A stretch of DNA of 61,634 nt from an uncultured Bacteroidota bacterium (GTDB lineage Bacteria; Bacteroidota; Bacteroidia; Bacteroidales; UBA12481). A model generated the notes under the pieces. The model was not told the origin of the DNA. It saw only the letters and a list, made by a program, of their open reading frames with translations, and did no database searches. The stretch is from positions 1 through 61,634 of the forward strand of contig CAIXHD010000293.1 of assembly GCA_903919065.1 (NCBI GenBank), given 5' to 3'. The position numbers and the translations under genes are program-made. This document shows positions 1 through 7,839 of this stretch, in pieces (the first letter of the stretch is position 1; each line of letters opens with the position of its first letter).

Positions 1-301
1 GTTGGGCTAGTGACTGATATTCTTCGACATTCACTTTACCTACAAAAGCATCTTCAGGAAGCTCACCAGCTAAATCATTTAAAACCGGGGCCATCATACG
101 GCAAGGTGCGCACCAGCTGGCCCAGAAATCAACCAGAACAATTTTGTCTTTCGTTTGAAATTGAAAATTTTTATCTGTCAGTATAAGAATGTCATTATGA
201 TTTTCCACAGATGGGGTATTTTTCATCTTAGCTCGTGCAAAAAGCACCAGTGCTGCTAAACTGCCGATGATGATCAAAGAAATAATCAATGTTGTTTTCA
301 T
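1..301 (-). CDS. thioredoxin-family protein with N-terminal signal/anchor (partial; C-terminus lies beyond the window edge)
   Basis: Not in the ORF track because it runs off the edge. The reverse-strand ATG at 301-299 gives MKTTLIISLIIIGSLAALVLFARAK...ILILTDKNFQFQTKDKIVLVDFWASWCAPCRMMAPVLNDLAGEL. WCAPC is the canonical thioredoxin CxxC active site in its usual DFWA-WC-PC context. Confidence 0.8.
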   Translation of the reverse strand, partial: MKTTLIISLIIIGSLAALVLFARAKMKNTPSVENHNDILILTDKNFQFQTKDKIVLVDFWASWCAPCRMMAPVLNDLAGELPEDAFVGKVNVEEYQSLAQ

Positions 302-635
302 GCTAAATGATTATAAAGGTTCATAAATTGGCTGTAACTGCGATTGAGAACTCCTGGTTCAGGATTTTGGTTACCTGGTCTTTGGTCTGAATACTGGAGG
401 TAGCTTTAACCACATGTTTTAAAATTTACATGGCAAAATTACCCCGCAATATCGGATCGGTAAAGAAATTAAGCCTTTAGCATTACAGTATAAGTCTTGA
501 TTCCGGACAACTTATTTATTGATTTCGGTTAACTATTTTTTTCTGTCAATGATGGATGAAAACGGTTCTCTAAAATGATCTTGCCATACCCGGAAGAAGT
601 TCCTACCTTTGGTTAATTACCAATTACTTCATTTA

Positions 636-1667
636 ATGAAGAGATTGATCGAACCGGTTATTCATGCCATCATCTGGATTTCAGGATTCATTCTCGTTGC
701 TACCGGCATCAAAACCATTGGAGTATTTCACAAGTCTGAAGGCTCGTTCCTTTATCCATTGATTACCGGCACTCTTATTAATGTATTGCTGTTCTATGTC
801 ACTGCACTCCTACTAATCCCGAGGTTCTCGGCCAGGCGAAAAGCTATCGCCTTTTTCTTTCAATTGTGCGGATTGCTGATCGGGTTAACACTGGTTGAGA
901 CTTTGCTTGACTATGCATTTTTTTCGACTCTGTTTTCGAGCGCTGAAGAGAGTTTTTCCTCGCAGCTTCTGATCAATTTCTCTTTGAATGTCATTTTTAT
1001 GTCGATTGCGCTGGCTTATGGTTTTACCAAAAACTGGCTCCGGAATGAGCGCATGAAACAAAAGCTGAAAGAGGAAAAATTGACTGCTGAACTGAATTTT
1101 CTGAAGGCCCAGATAAACCCTCATTTTCTTTTCAATGTGCTGAACATGGCATTTTCCAGCGCAACAAGCACCGGCGATGAGAACACGGCAAATATTATAG
1201 AAAAACTGGCAAGCCTGATGAGGTATATGCTTTATGACAGCAATAACGATAAAGTAGAGATTCAGAAAGAGATTAATTACCTGCATGACTATATCAATCT
1301 TCAGAAAATGAGGTTTTCGTCCGAAATCCCGGTTTCCGTCATTTTTGAAACATCGGGGAATTACGACCGGTCTGTGATTGCTCCCCTGATACTTATCCCT
1401 TTTGTTGAAAACGCCTTTAAATATGGCATTAAGTTCGATTGCAGATCGGAAATCAGGATACAGCTTGATGTGAGTGAGAATAATTTGGATTTTAAAGTAG
1501 AGAACAGCCGTTTTTTAGGGCACGATCAGGTGTCCCGAACGGATTCTGGTATCGGACTTGAAAATGTAAAAAAAAGACTGTCATTGATTTATCCGGGAAA
1601 GTACCAGTTAGATATTTCGGATCAGGAACAACTTTTTTCAGTGGATTTGAAAATTAACCTGAATTAA
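636..1667 (+). CDS. LytS/YehU-type sensor histidine kinase
   Basis: ORF 609..1667 opens with TTG; the first ATG is at 636 (MKRLIEP). The N-terminal half is hydrophobic and multi-TM. It carries the H-box NPHFLFNVLN and the ATPase boxes PFVENAFKYG and GIGLENV typical of LytS-family kinases. A LytTR regulator follows directly. Confidence 0.85.
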   Translation: MKRLIEPVIHAIIWISGFILVATGIKTIGVFHKSEGSFLYPLITGTLINVLLFYVTALLLIPRFSARRKAIAFFFQLCGLLIGLTLVETLLDYAFFSTLFSSAEESFSSQLLINFSLNVIFMSIALAYGFTKNWLRNERMKQKLKEEKLTAELNFLKAQINPHFLFNVLNMAFSSATSTGDENTANIIEKLASLMRYMLYDSNNDKVEIQKEINYLHDYINLQKMRFSSEIPVSVIFETSGNYDRSVIAPLILIPFVENAFKYGIKFDCRSEIRIQLDVSENNLDFKVENSRFLGHDQVSRTDSGIGLENVKKRLSLIYPGKYQLDISDQEQLFSVDLKINLN

Positions 1668-1674
1668 TTTGATT

Positions 1675-2382
1675 ATGAGATGCATGGTGGTCGACGATGA
1701 GCCTTTAGCCCTCGACTTAATCAAGGGTTATGTCACCAAAACTCCTTTCCTGGAACTCGCAGGTGGTTTCTCCAATCCCTTCAAAGCACTGACATTCCTT
1801 ATGCAGAATCACGTCGATCTTGTGCTTCTGGATATCAATATGCCTGAATTATCTGGTATTCAACTTTTGAAATCACTGCCAGCCAGGCCATTGGTGGTAT
1901 TTACGACTGCTTATCCTGAATTCGGAGCCGAGAGTTATGAGTATGATGCCATTGATTATCTTCTTAAACCCGTAAAATATGAACGGTTCCTGAAAGCCGT
2001 GAACAAAGCACTGGATTATTCCGGACATGGTCAGGTACCGCTGCAGGATCATCCTGAAACAGCAGCAACATCTGATCAATCTGAGTATATTTTGATAAAG
2101 AGTGGCACTCAGGTAAATAAGATTCGCACTGACCAGATCCTTTATATTGAAGGTGCGGGCAATTATATGACCTTTCATACCAAAGAGAAAAAAATCATGA
2201 CTTTGCTGAGCATGACTGAAGTCTCAGAAATGTTGCCAGCCAAACGGTTTGTGCGTGTGCATAAGTCTTACATTGTAAATAAAGACAGTATCGACGTTAT
2301 CGAAAAGCATCGATTAAGGATCAACAAACAATTCATCCCCATAGGCATTACTTACCGTAGTATGGATTTGAAATTCAAATAG
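1675..2382 (+). CDS. LytTR/AlgR-family response regulator
   Basis: Receiver motifs VVDDEPLAL and DLVLLDINMP. C-terminal LytTR DNA-binding domain (ILYIEGAGNYMTFHT, FVRVHKSYIVN). ATG at 1675 inside ORF 1669..2382. Confidence 0.9.
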   Translation: MRCMVVDDEPLALDLIKGYVTKTPFLELAGGFSNPFKALTFLMQNHVDLVLLDINMPELSGIQLLKSLPARPLVVFTTAYPEFGAESYEYDAIDYLLKPVKYERFLKAVNKALDYSGHGQVPLQDHPETAATSDQSEYILIKSGTQVNKIRTDQILYIEGAGNYMTFHTKEKKIMTLLSMTEVSEMLPAKRFVRVHKSYIVNKDSIDVIEKHRLRINKQFIPIGITYRSMDLKFK

Positions 2383-2391
2383 AACTATGAA

Positions 2392-3021
2392 TTATTTGAT
2401 TTTCCAGCTGAGGATTTTATAAGTAATATTCAAAAGCAACGATACATGGCTGTCGTCCGTTTTTCGCAGATATAAATACTTGAATTCTGTTCCCAAACTG
2501 ATTTTTTCCCCCAGTGGATAAGAATAGGTGAAACCGGCGGTATAGTTTGACATGCTATATGCTTTGCCAATAACTCTTTCTGCTTTCGACAGGGCCGGAT
2601 TAACAGTATAAACCATATCAACCCAGCCAGTTCCAAAATTAATGTCCAAATGGTTAACGACGTTCATTGATATAGAAAGGAATATAGGAACAACTTTTAA
2701 TCTGGAAGTTAGTTTCTCTGATCCGGCATTTGTCTGAATTCGAGTTGTAGAATACATAGAATAATATCCCGATTCAATACCAATACATAAACGGTATTCA
2801 GGTTGCCAAAGTAATTTTCCATAAAATGAAGGGCGGTCGTTGCGGACATCCTCATCGAGGACATTTGAAAATGTATTAAAGAAGTGTCCTAACCCGCCAC
2901 CCAATATTAAATTTACCGATCTCGATTTTTCCTGACCCTGACAATAGGTTTTCATAGGAAAAGTCAAAAGCAGCATGAACAATACTAATCGGACAGATTG
3001 TCTAAAAGTTATGCCGGACAT
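2392..3021 (-). CDS. small outer-membrane beta-barrel protein (hypothetical)
   Basis: Signal peptide, alternating aromatic/hydrophobic beta-strand pattern, and a C-terminus of LLLNITYKILSWKIK. Its start overlaps the stop of the upstream GDPD gene by 20 nt. Confidence 0.5.
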   Translation of the reverse strand: MSGITFRQSVRLVLFMLLLTFPMKTYCQGQEKSRSVNLILGGGLGHFFNTFSNVLDEDVRNDRPSFYGKLLWQPEYRLCIGIESGYYSMYSTTRIQTNAGSEKLTSRLKVVPIFLSISMNVVNHLDINFGTGWVDMVYTVNPALSKAERVIGKAYSMSNYTAGFTYSYPLGEKISLGTEFKYLYLRKTDDSHVSLLLNITYKILSWKIK

Positions 3022-4294
3022 AATGGTAGTATGCTAAAATAGACGGGTAATTGGTTAACAGGCCATCAAACCGACGGGTAGCATCCGTGCCACCGCAGGT
3101 AGTATATATTTCAGTAAACTTAGGAACATCAAGGGTCCAAACAAGGCATTTCCTGCCCTGTTCATGCATTCTTAACACTTCTGGCTCCTGAAGTCCCATC
3201 GTCCATCTGAATGCCCAGAATTGCGAATTAAGGGCTGTTACGCTATCTGCTGACAATTCACAAAGCGAAGGAATATTCTGATAATCCTGATTTGATTTAA
3301 AGGCACGATAAATTTCTTCCACAGGAACACCTATCAAGATGCGGAGATCACGTCCCATATTACGTGCTAAATCAAGGTATTTCCTTTGCAGCTGAATGAC
3401 AGTCGGTATGGATTCAGGATCTTTAATATCCATCCATATAAATTTAAGTTTTGTATCGTTTAACGTTGTGGCAAATGCTTCTTCAAGCGTAGGAATATCT
3501 TCACCATGAATGAGCTTCACCATCGATCGCAACTGAGCAAGGGTATAATCATGTATTGCTCCATACAATGGCCCTTTTTGGATTAACCGGATGTTCAAAT
3601 CATTATCGTGATATAAAACCGGAATTTTATCTTTTGTTAAAGTGACATCGATTTCGATGCCTGTAGATCCAAAGTATTCGGTATACTTTATCATGGCAAC
3701 GCTATTTTCTGAAGCAGGCAGCAAATCCGAAGTTCTTCCGCCGGCTCTGTGCGCTCCAATAATAAAAGGATCGGATCGTAATTGATTACTGAATTTTTTA
3801 ATCAACTCGATAGTTAGCGGCGTGCCGGGCATCGAATTTCCATTGCCATATTCTCCTGTTAAAGTGATACTGTTGACCTTTGTATTACCTTCAATCAATT
3901 GGGTTGCATCAATAATAGTCAAACTGACCAGTCCGGTTCCATCATTGAGTGCATACCTCCAGTATCCCTCCAGAATTATTTGGTCATTTATAATTCCTGC
4001 ATCAAGAATAATATAACAACCGTTTTTATTGCCAAAGAGAGAGATTTTGTCCCTGGTCTGTTTCATTACCAATGTATCACCAAACACATCTGATCCTCGC
4101 GTAACCCTATAAATACCCTCTATTGAATATTTAGCCGAATCAGATAACGCGGCACTGTACAATAGTTTTGAACTGCCGGAAAAATCTGGGACCTGCAAGG
4201 TGTAATCAGTCTGATTTTCACAGGAGATAAATAATAATATCAAAAGGATTGATAAAACTGCTCGACAGGAACTGCGGGTAACCGGTTGATTCAT
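3002..4294 (-). CDS. glycerophosphodiester phosphodiesterase (GDPD) family lipoprotein with an extra ~170-aa N-terminal domain
   Basis: Lipobox LLFISC. GDPD catalytic motifs IIGAHRAGG, ENS, GIEIDV and PVLYHD. Confidence 0.8.
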   Translation of the reverse strand: MNQPVTRSSCRAVLSILLILLFISCENQTDYTLQVPDFSGSSKLLYSAALSDSAKYSIEGIYRVTRGSDVFGDTLVMKQTRDKISLFGNKNGCYIILDAGIINDQIILEGYWRYALNDGTGLVSLTIIDATQLIEGNTKVNSITLTGEYGNGNSMPGTPLTIELIKKFSNQLRSDPFIIGAHRAGGRTSDLLPASENSVAMIKYTEYFGSTGIEIDVTLTKDKIPVLYHDNDLNIRLIQKGPLYGAIHDYTLAQLRSMVKLIHGEDIPTLEEAFATTLNDTKLKFIWMDIKDPESIPTVIQLQRKYLDLARNMGRDLRILIGVPVEEIYRAFKSNQDYQNIPSLCELSADSVTALNSQFWAFRWTMGLQEPEVLRMHEQGRKCLVWTLDVPKFTEIYTTCGGTDATRRFDGLLTNYPSILAYYHYVRHNF

Positions 4295-5022
4295 AAAACC
4301 AGCCCTAAATAAAATTGCGGAATATAATAACGCCGGTTAAAAGCGGAAAAAGCCGGCCAGGCAGGAAAGTAGAATTTCTGAAAATTATTCAAAAGCCCCA
4401 GTATCACGACATGGTTTTTCCAGAGTCTTTGCTCCAAATAGATGGAAATGGTCTGACCGGATTTGAAATTTTTGAATCCTGAAGTCTCCGCATTCCCCGA
4501 TGACAAGGTGAGTGCCTGAATCGTATTACGTTCAGCAGAAATGGTAAAGGCTAATTCCTTTGTGTGAAAACCGATGGAAGCCGCTGGATACAACATCCAA
4601 CCTTGTGCTTTATTATTGAAACCGGCTATATCCATTTTTCCAAATAACATACCTGCATCTAAACCGGCAGCAAACGAGAATTTTCTAATTTCAACATTCC
4701 ACCGGAGTCCAAATCTCAATTGATTTGATACATAAATGCTCTGAAAACTGCTCTCAAAAGTAAAACCTAAGGGTAATCCAATTTTGTTACTCAGCTGCAA
4801 CATAGGTGCATCAACGGAAGTTTCCACCCAGTCCTCAGGTAATCGAACAAAAGAAATGGAAATAGAAGTTTTTGAATCCCATGTTCCAAATCTGCGAGGC
4901 AAAATGATTGAGCTGTTTTTTACGCTTCCAAAGGGATTATTATTAGCGGCAATTCCTGGTGAAGTACTCATCAGAAACGGGACAAAGAAAAAACAGAACT
5001 TAATCTTATCAGCGAAATTCAT
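4291..5022 (-). CDS. hypothetical secreted, beta-strand-rich (outer-membrane-like) protein
   Basis: 243-aa ORF with a hydrophobic N-terminus. Its stop overlaps the GDPD start by 4 nt (operon). No recognisable catalytic motif. Confidence 0.4.
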   Translation of the reverse strand: MNFADKIKFCFFFVPFLMSTSPGIAANNNPFGSVKNSSIILPRRFGTWDSKTSISISFVRLPEDWVETSVDAPMLQLSNKIGLPLGFTFESSFQSIYVSNQLRFGLRWNVEIRKFSFAAGLDAGMLFGKMDIAGFNNKAQGWMLYPAASIGFHTKELAFTISAERNTIQALTLSSGNAETSGFKNFKSGQTISIYLEQRLWKNHVVILGLLNNFQKFYFPAWPAFSAFNRRYYIPQFYLGLVL

Positions 5023-5164
5023 GTCATGCTAATCATCACAGGGTAAACTTAAGATATATCCTAATGAATAAACCTATGAGCCGCGCAAGTTATTCCCATT
5101 TCCGGTGTCAAATGCAGATGGTAACATTTAACTGACCTTAACGTGAATTTTTAACTGCACAAAC

Positions 5165-5989
5165 ATGAAAAGTAAATTTAACTGGAGATCCTTCATCAGT
5201 TTTGGATTAACGTGGTCACTTCTGATCATTTTCGTTTCCGGCATAGTATTATACATTTCACCGGCAGGCCGTTATGCGAATTGGGTAAACTGGAAAGTTG
5301 CCGGATTCACCAAGGAAGGATGGGCGGCTATTCATGCTGTTTTCTCCTATACCTTTGTCGTACTTTCGATCTTCCATCTTTTTACCGTTAACTGGACCGC
5401 ATTTTGGTCTTATCTCAAATCGAAAACCAAAGCAGGGATCAACAAAAAGAAGGAATTGGCTATTTCAACTGTATTAACCCTGGTCTTCTTCCTTGGGATT
5501 ATTTACGCAGTACCTCCTTTCAGATATGTTGCAGATTTTGGAGAATTTATTGCTGGCACCTGGGAGAAAAATGAACAAGTTACTTCTGCTGCTCCGGTTG
5601 CACATGCCGAATTGCTTACCATCAATGAATTGGCTTATCAATTAAAACTTGGCAACACCGAGGAGTTTTCACGGAAATTTACGGCCAATGGCATTATGTT
5701 CGACAATACCGATAAGCAATCCCTTCAGGAAATCGCCAAACAAAACAATACAACACCTGCAGAAATATACCAGAAAGTGACAAAAAAATCAGGGAATGAA
5801 AAGCCCGGTGCAGGGATGGGCAGAAAAACCGTAGAAAATTTAGCAGAAGAATCAGGAACCACGGTTGAAGAATTAATAAAATTACTGAGCACCCATAATA
5901 TTGTCGCGGAAAAGGGTCAAACTATCAGGCAGGTTGGCGACAACAATAATATTTCACCAAAAGAGATTATGGATCTTCTGAAAAAATAA
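5165..5989 (+). CDS. DUF4405-like 4-TM membrane protein with a C-terminal tail of four helix-turn-helix-like repeats
   Basis: The N-terminal 125 aa hold four TM helices with conserved His (AAIHAVFSYTFVVLSIFHLF), resembling the DUF4405 cytochrome-b-like module. The soluble tail (aa 150-273) repeats a ~22-aa motif four times. Confidence 0.6.
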   Translation: MKSKFNWRSFISFGLTWSLLIIFVSGIVLYISPAGRYANWVNWKVAGFTKEGWAAIHAVFSYTFVVLSIFHLFTVNWTAFWSYLKSKTKAGINKKKELAISTVLTLVFFLGIIYAVPPFRYVADFGEFIAGTWEKNEQVTSAAPVAHAELLTINELAYQLKLGNTEEFSRKFTANGIMFDNTDKQSLQEIAKQNNTTPAEIYQKVTKKSGNEKPGAGMGRKTVENLAEESGTTVEELIKLLSTHNIVAEKGQTIRQVGDNNNISPKEIMDLLKK

Positions 5990-5994
5990 TAATT

Positions 5995-7839
5995 ATGAAA
6001 CTCTCCGGGAATTTTACTCTCCTTATCGGAATCGTTCTATTAACAACTTTTAGTTTCAAAATCCAAAGCCAGACTCTGCCAAAACAGTCTAATACCTGGT
6101 TCTCAACCGCGGGGGCCTGCCTGCCCTGCCATGATACGCATGTAACAGCATCAAGGGACAAATTGGGTAATGATGTTTCGCCTGTTTCTTCATGGCGAAG
6201 CACTATGCTGGCCAATGCATCCAAGGATCCATTCTGGCAAGCCAAGGTGAAACAGGAAGGAATCGAAAATCCGGCTCACAAGAGTGCTCTTGAAAATGTT
6301 TGTACCCGGTGCCATGCTCCAATGGGAATGATCAATGCCCTGCTCACCACTTCAGTCCCGTATAGCATGGATAATCTTAAGAACGATAACATGGGCAAGG
6401 ATGGTATCTCCTGCACCTTGTGTCATCAGATTAACGGATTCAGCTCCCCGCTATTTTCCGGGAACTTCGACCTAAACGCAGCAAAAGAAATTTATGGTCC
6501 GTTTACCAATCCCCTGATTAATCAGATGAGGATGAACACAGGATTTACACCGGTGCTATCCCCCAAAATAAATGAGTCGAGGCTTTGTGGATCCTGCCAC
6601 ACGCTTATTACAAATCCTGTAAATGAAAAAGATGAATTTACGGGTACAACGTTTGTGGAACAGGCCATTTATCAGGAGTGGGAAAATTCAGATTTCGGCA
6701 AACAGAAGATTTCCTGCCAATCCTGTCATATGCCAAGGATAGCTGAATCAGTAATTATCGCCAGCCAGCCTGGCTTTATAACCGGCCGGCAGCCATTCGG
6801 GCTTCATAACCTTACGGGTGGTAACCAGTTCATGCTCAAATTATTGAAAGACAATCACACGGAACTTCAACTTAATTCCGGAACTGACCTGATTCAGAAA
6901 TCCATCGACCGGACAAACAATTTTTTAACAACACAAACGATTGATCTGACCATAGGGGATATTCAAAAAACCCAGGATTCAGCATTTATAAATGTCAGGA
7001 TGATCAACAAGGCCGGGCATAAATTCCCATCGGGTTATCCCAGTCGGCGTGCTTATCTGGAATGTATTGTTACCAATGGCCAGGATACGGTTTTTCATTC
7101 CGGGAAAGCTGGTGCAAAAGCACTGACCAACATTGACCGAACCCGGTTCGAGCCGCATTACAATCTCATAACACGCGAGGAGCAGGTGCAGATTTACGAA
7201 TTTGTCATGGGTAATACCAGCGGCCAGGTTACCACAATTCTTGAAAAAGCCTATGTACCACTGAAGGATAACAGAATACCACCAAGGGGATTTGCCTCGT
7301 CGCATAACAATTATGATACCGTTAAAATTGTAGGGCTGGCAACCAAGGATGCTGATTACTTCAACGGACTGGGGCAGGAGATTATCCGATATGGATTACC
7401 GCTGTCCGATTTAGGCGATAATTCGACAGTAAAAGTTTTGCTGCATTATGAGAGCATTCCGGAACCCTGGACAGCAGAATTATTTTCTAAAGCCACGAGT
7501 GCCAGTGAAATTGAGTTATTCAGGGGTATGTATTTAAAATCGGATCGTACGGCCATTGAAATTGCATCAGTTTCCAGGCAAATCATAACCAGTTCGGCAA
7601 CCTTTATCCAGGATGAAGGATTCCGGATTTTTCCTAATCCAACTACCGGTTCAATAAACGTGGAGGGCACTGGCAGCTTCGACAAGTATTTTATCTACTC
7701 ATCAGATGGTCAATGTGTCAGATTTGGACAGATAAATACTGCACAGTTCTCAATGAACCTGGATTTGCCTTCTGGCACCTATTATGTTGTACTGCAGAAT
7801 CCAGAGAAAAAGAGGGTTGAAAAAATCATGTTATACTGA
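5995..7839 (+). CDS. secreted pentaheme c-type cytochrome with a T9SS C-terminal sorting domain
   Basis: Signal peptide MKLSGNFTLLIGIVLLTTFSFKIQSQ. Five CxxCH sites (CLPCH, CTRCH, CTLCH, CGSCH, CQSCH). The last ~75 aa (FRIFPNPTTGSINVEG...GTYYVVLQNPEKKRVEKIMLY) match the T9SS CTD pattern. Confidence 0.8.
   Translation: MKLSGNFTLLIGIVLLTTFSFKIQSQTLPKQSNTWFSTAGACLPCHDTHVTASRDKLGNDVSPVSSWRSTMLANASKDPFWQAKVKQEGIENPAHKSALENVCTRCHAPMGMINALLTTSVPYSMDNLKNDNMGKDGISCTLCHQINGFSSPLFSGNFDLNAAKEIYGPFTNPLINQMRMNTGFTPVLSPKINESRLCGSCHTLITNPVNEKDEFTGTTFVEQAIYQEWENSDFGKQKISCQSCHMPRIAESVIIASQPGFITGRQPFGLHNLTGGNQFMLKLLKDNHTELQLNSGTDLIQKSIDRTNNFLTTQTIDLTIGDIQKTQDSAFINVRMINKAGHKFPSGYPSRRAYLECIVTNGQDTVFHSGKAGAKALTNIDRTRFEPHYNLITREEQVQIYEFVMGNTSGQVTTILEKAYVPLKDNRIPPRGFASSHNNYDTVKIVGLATKDADYFNGLGQEIIRYGLPLSDLGDNSTVKVLLHYESIPEPWTAELFSKATSASEIELFRGMYLKSDRTAIEIASVSRQIITSSATFIQDEGFRIFPNPTTGSINVEGTGSFDKYFIYSSDGQCVRFGQINTAQFSMNLDLPSGTYYVVLQNPEKKRVEKIMLY

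Noticed and set aside
7826-7839. 14-nt overlap of the convergent 3' ends of the cytochrome gene and the histidine kinase gene; also a 4-nt convergent overlap at 52477-52480.
   Set aside because: Short convergent overlaps are common in compact bacterial genomes, and no hairpin or other signal is evident.
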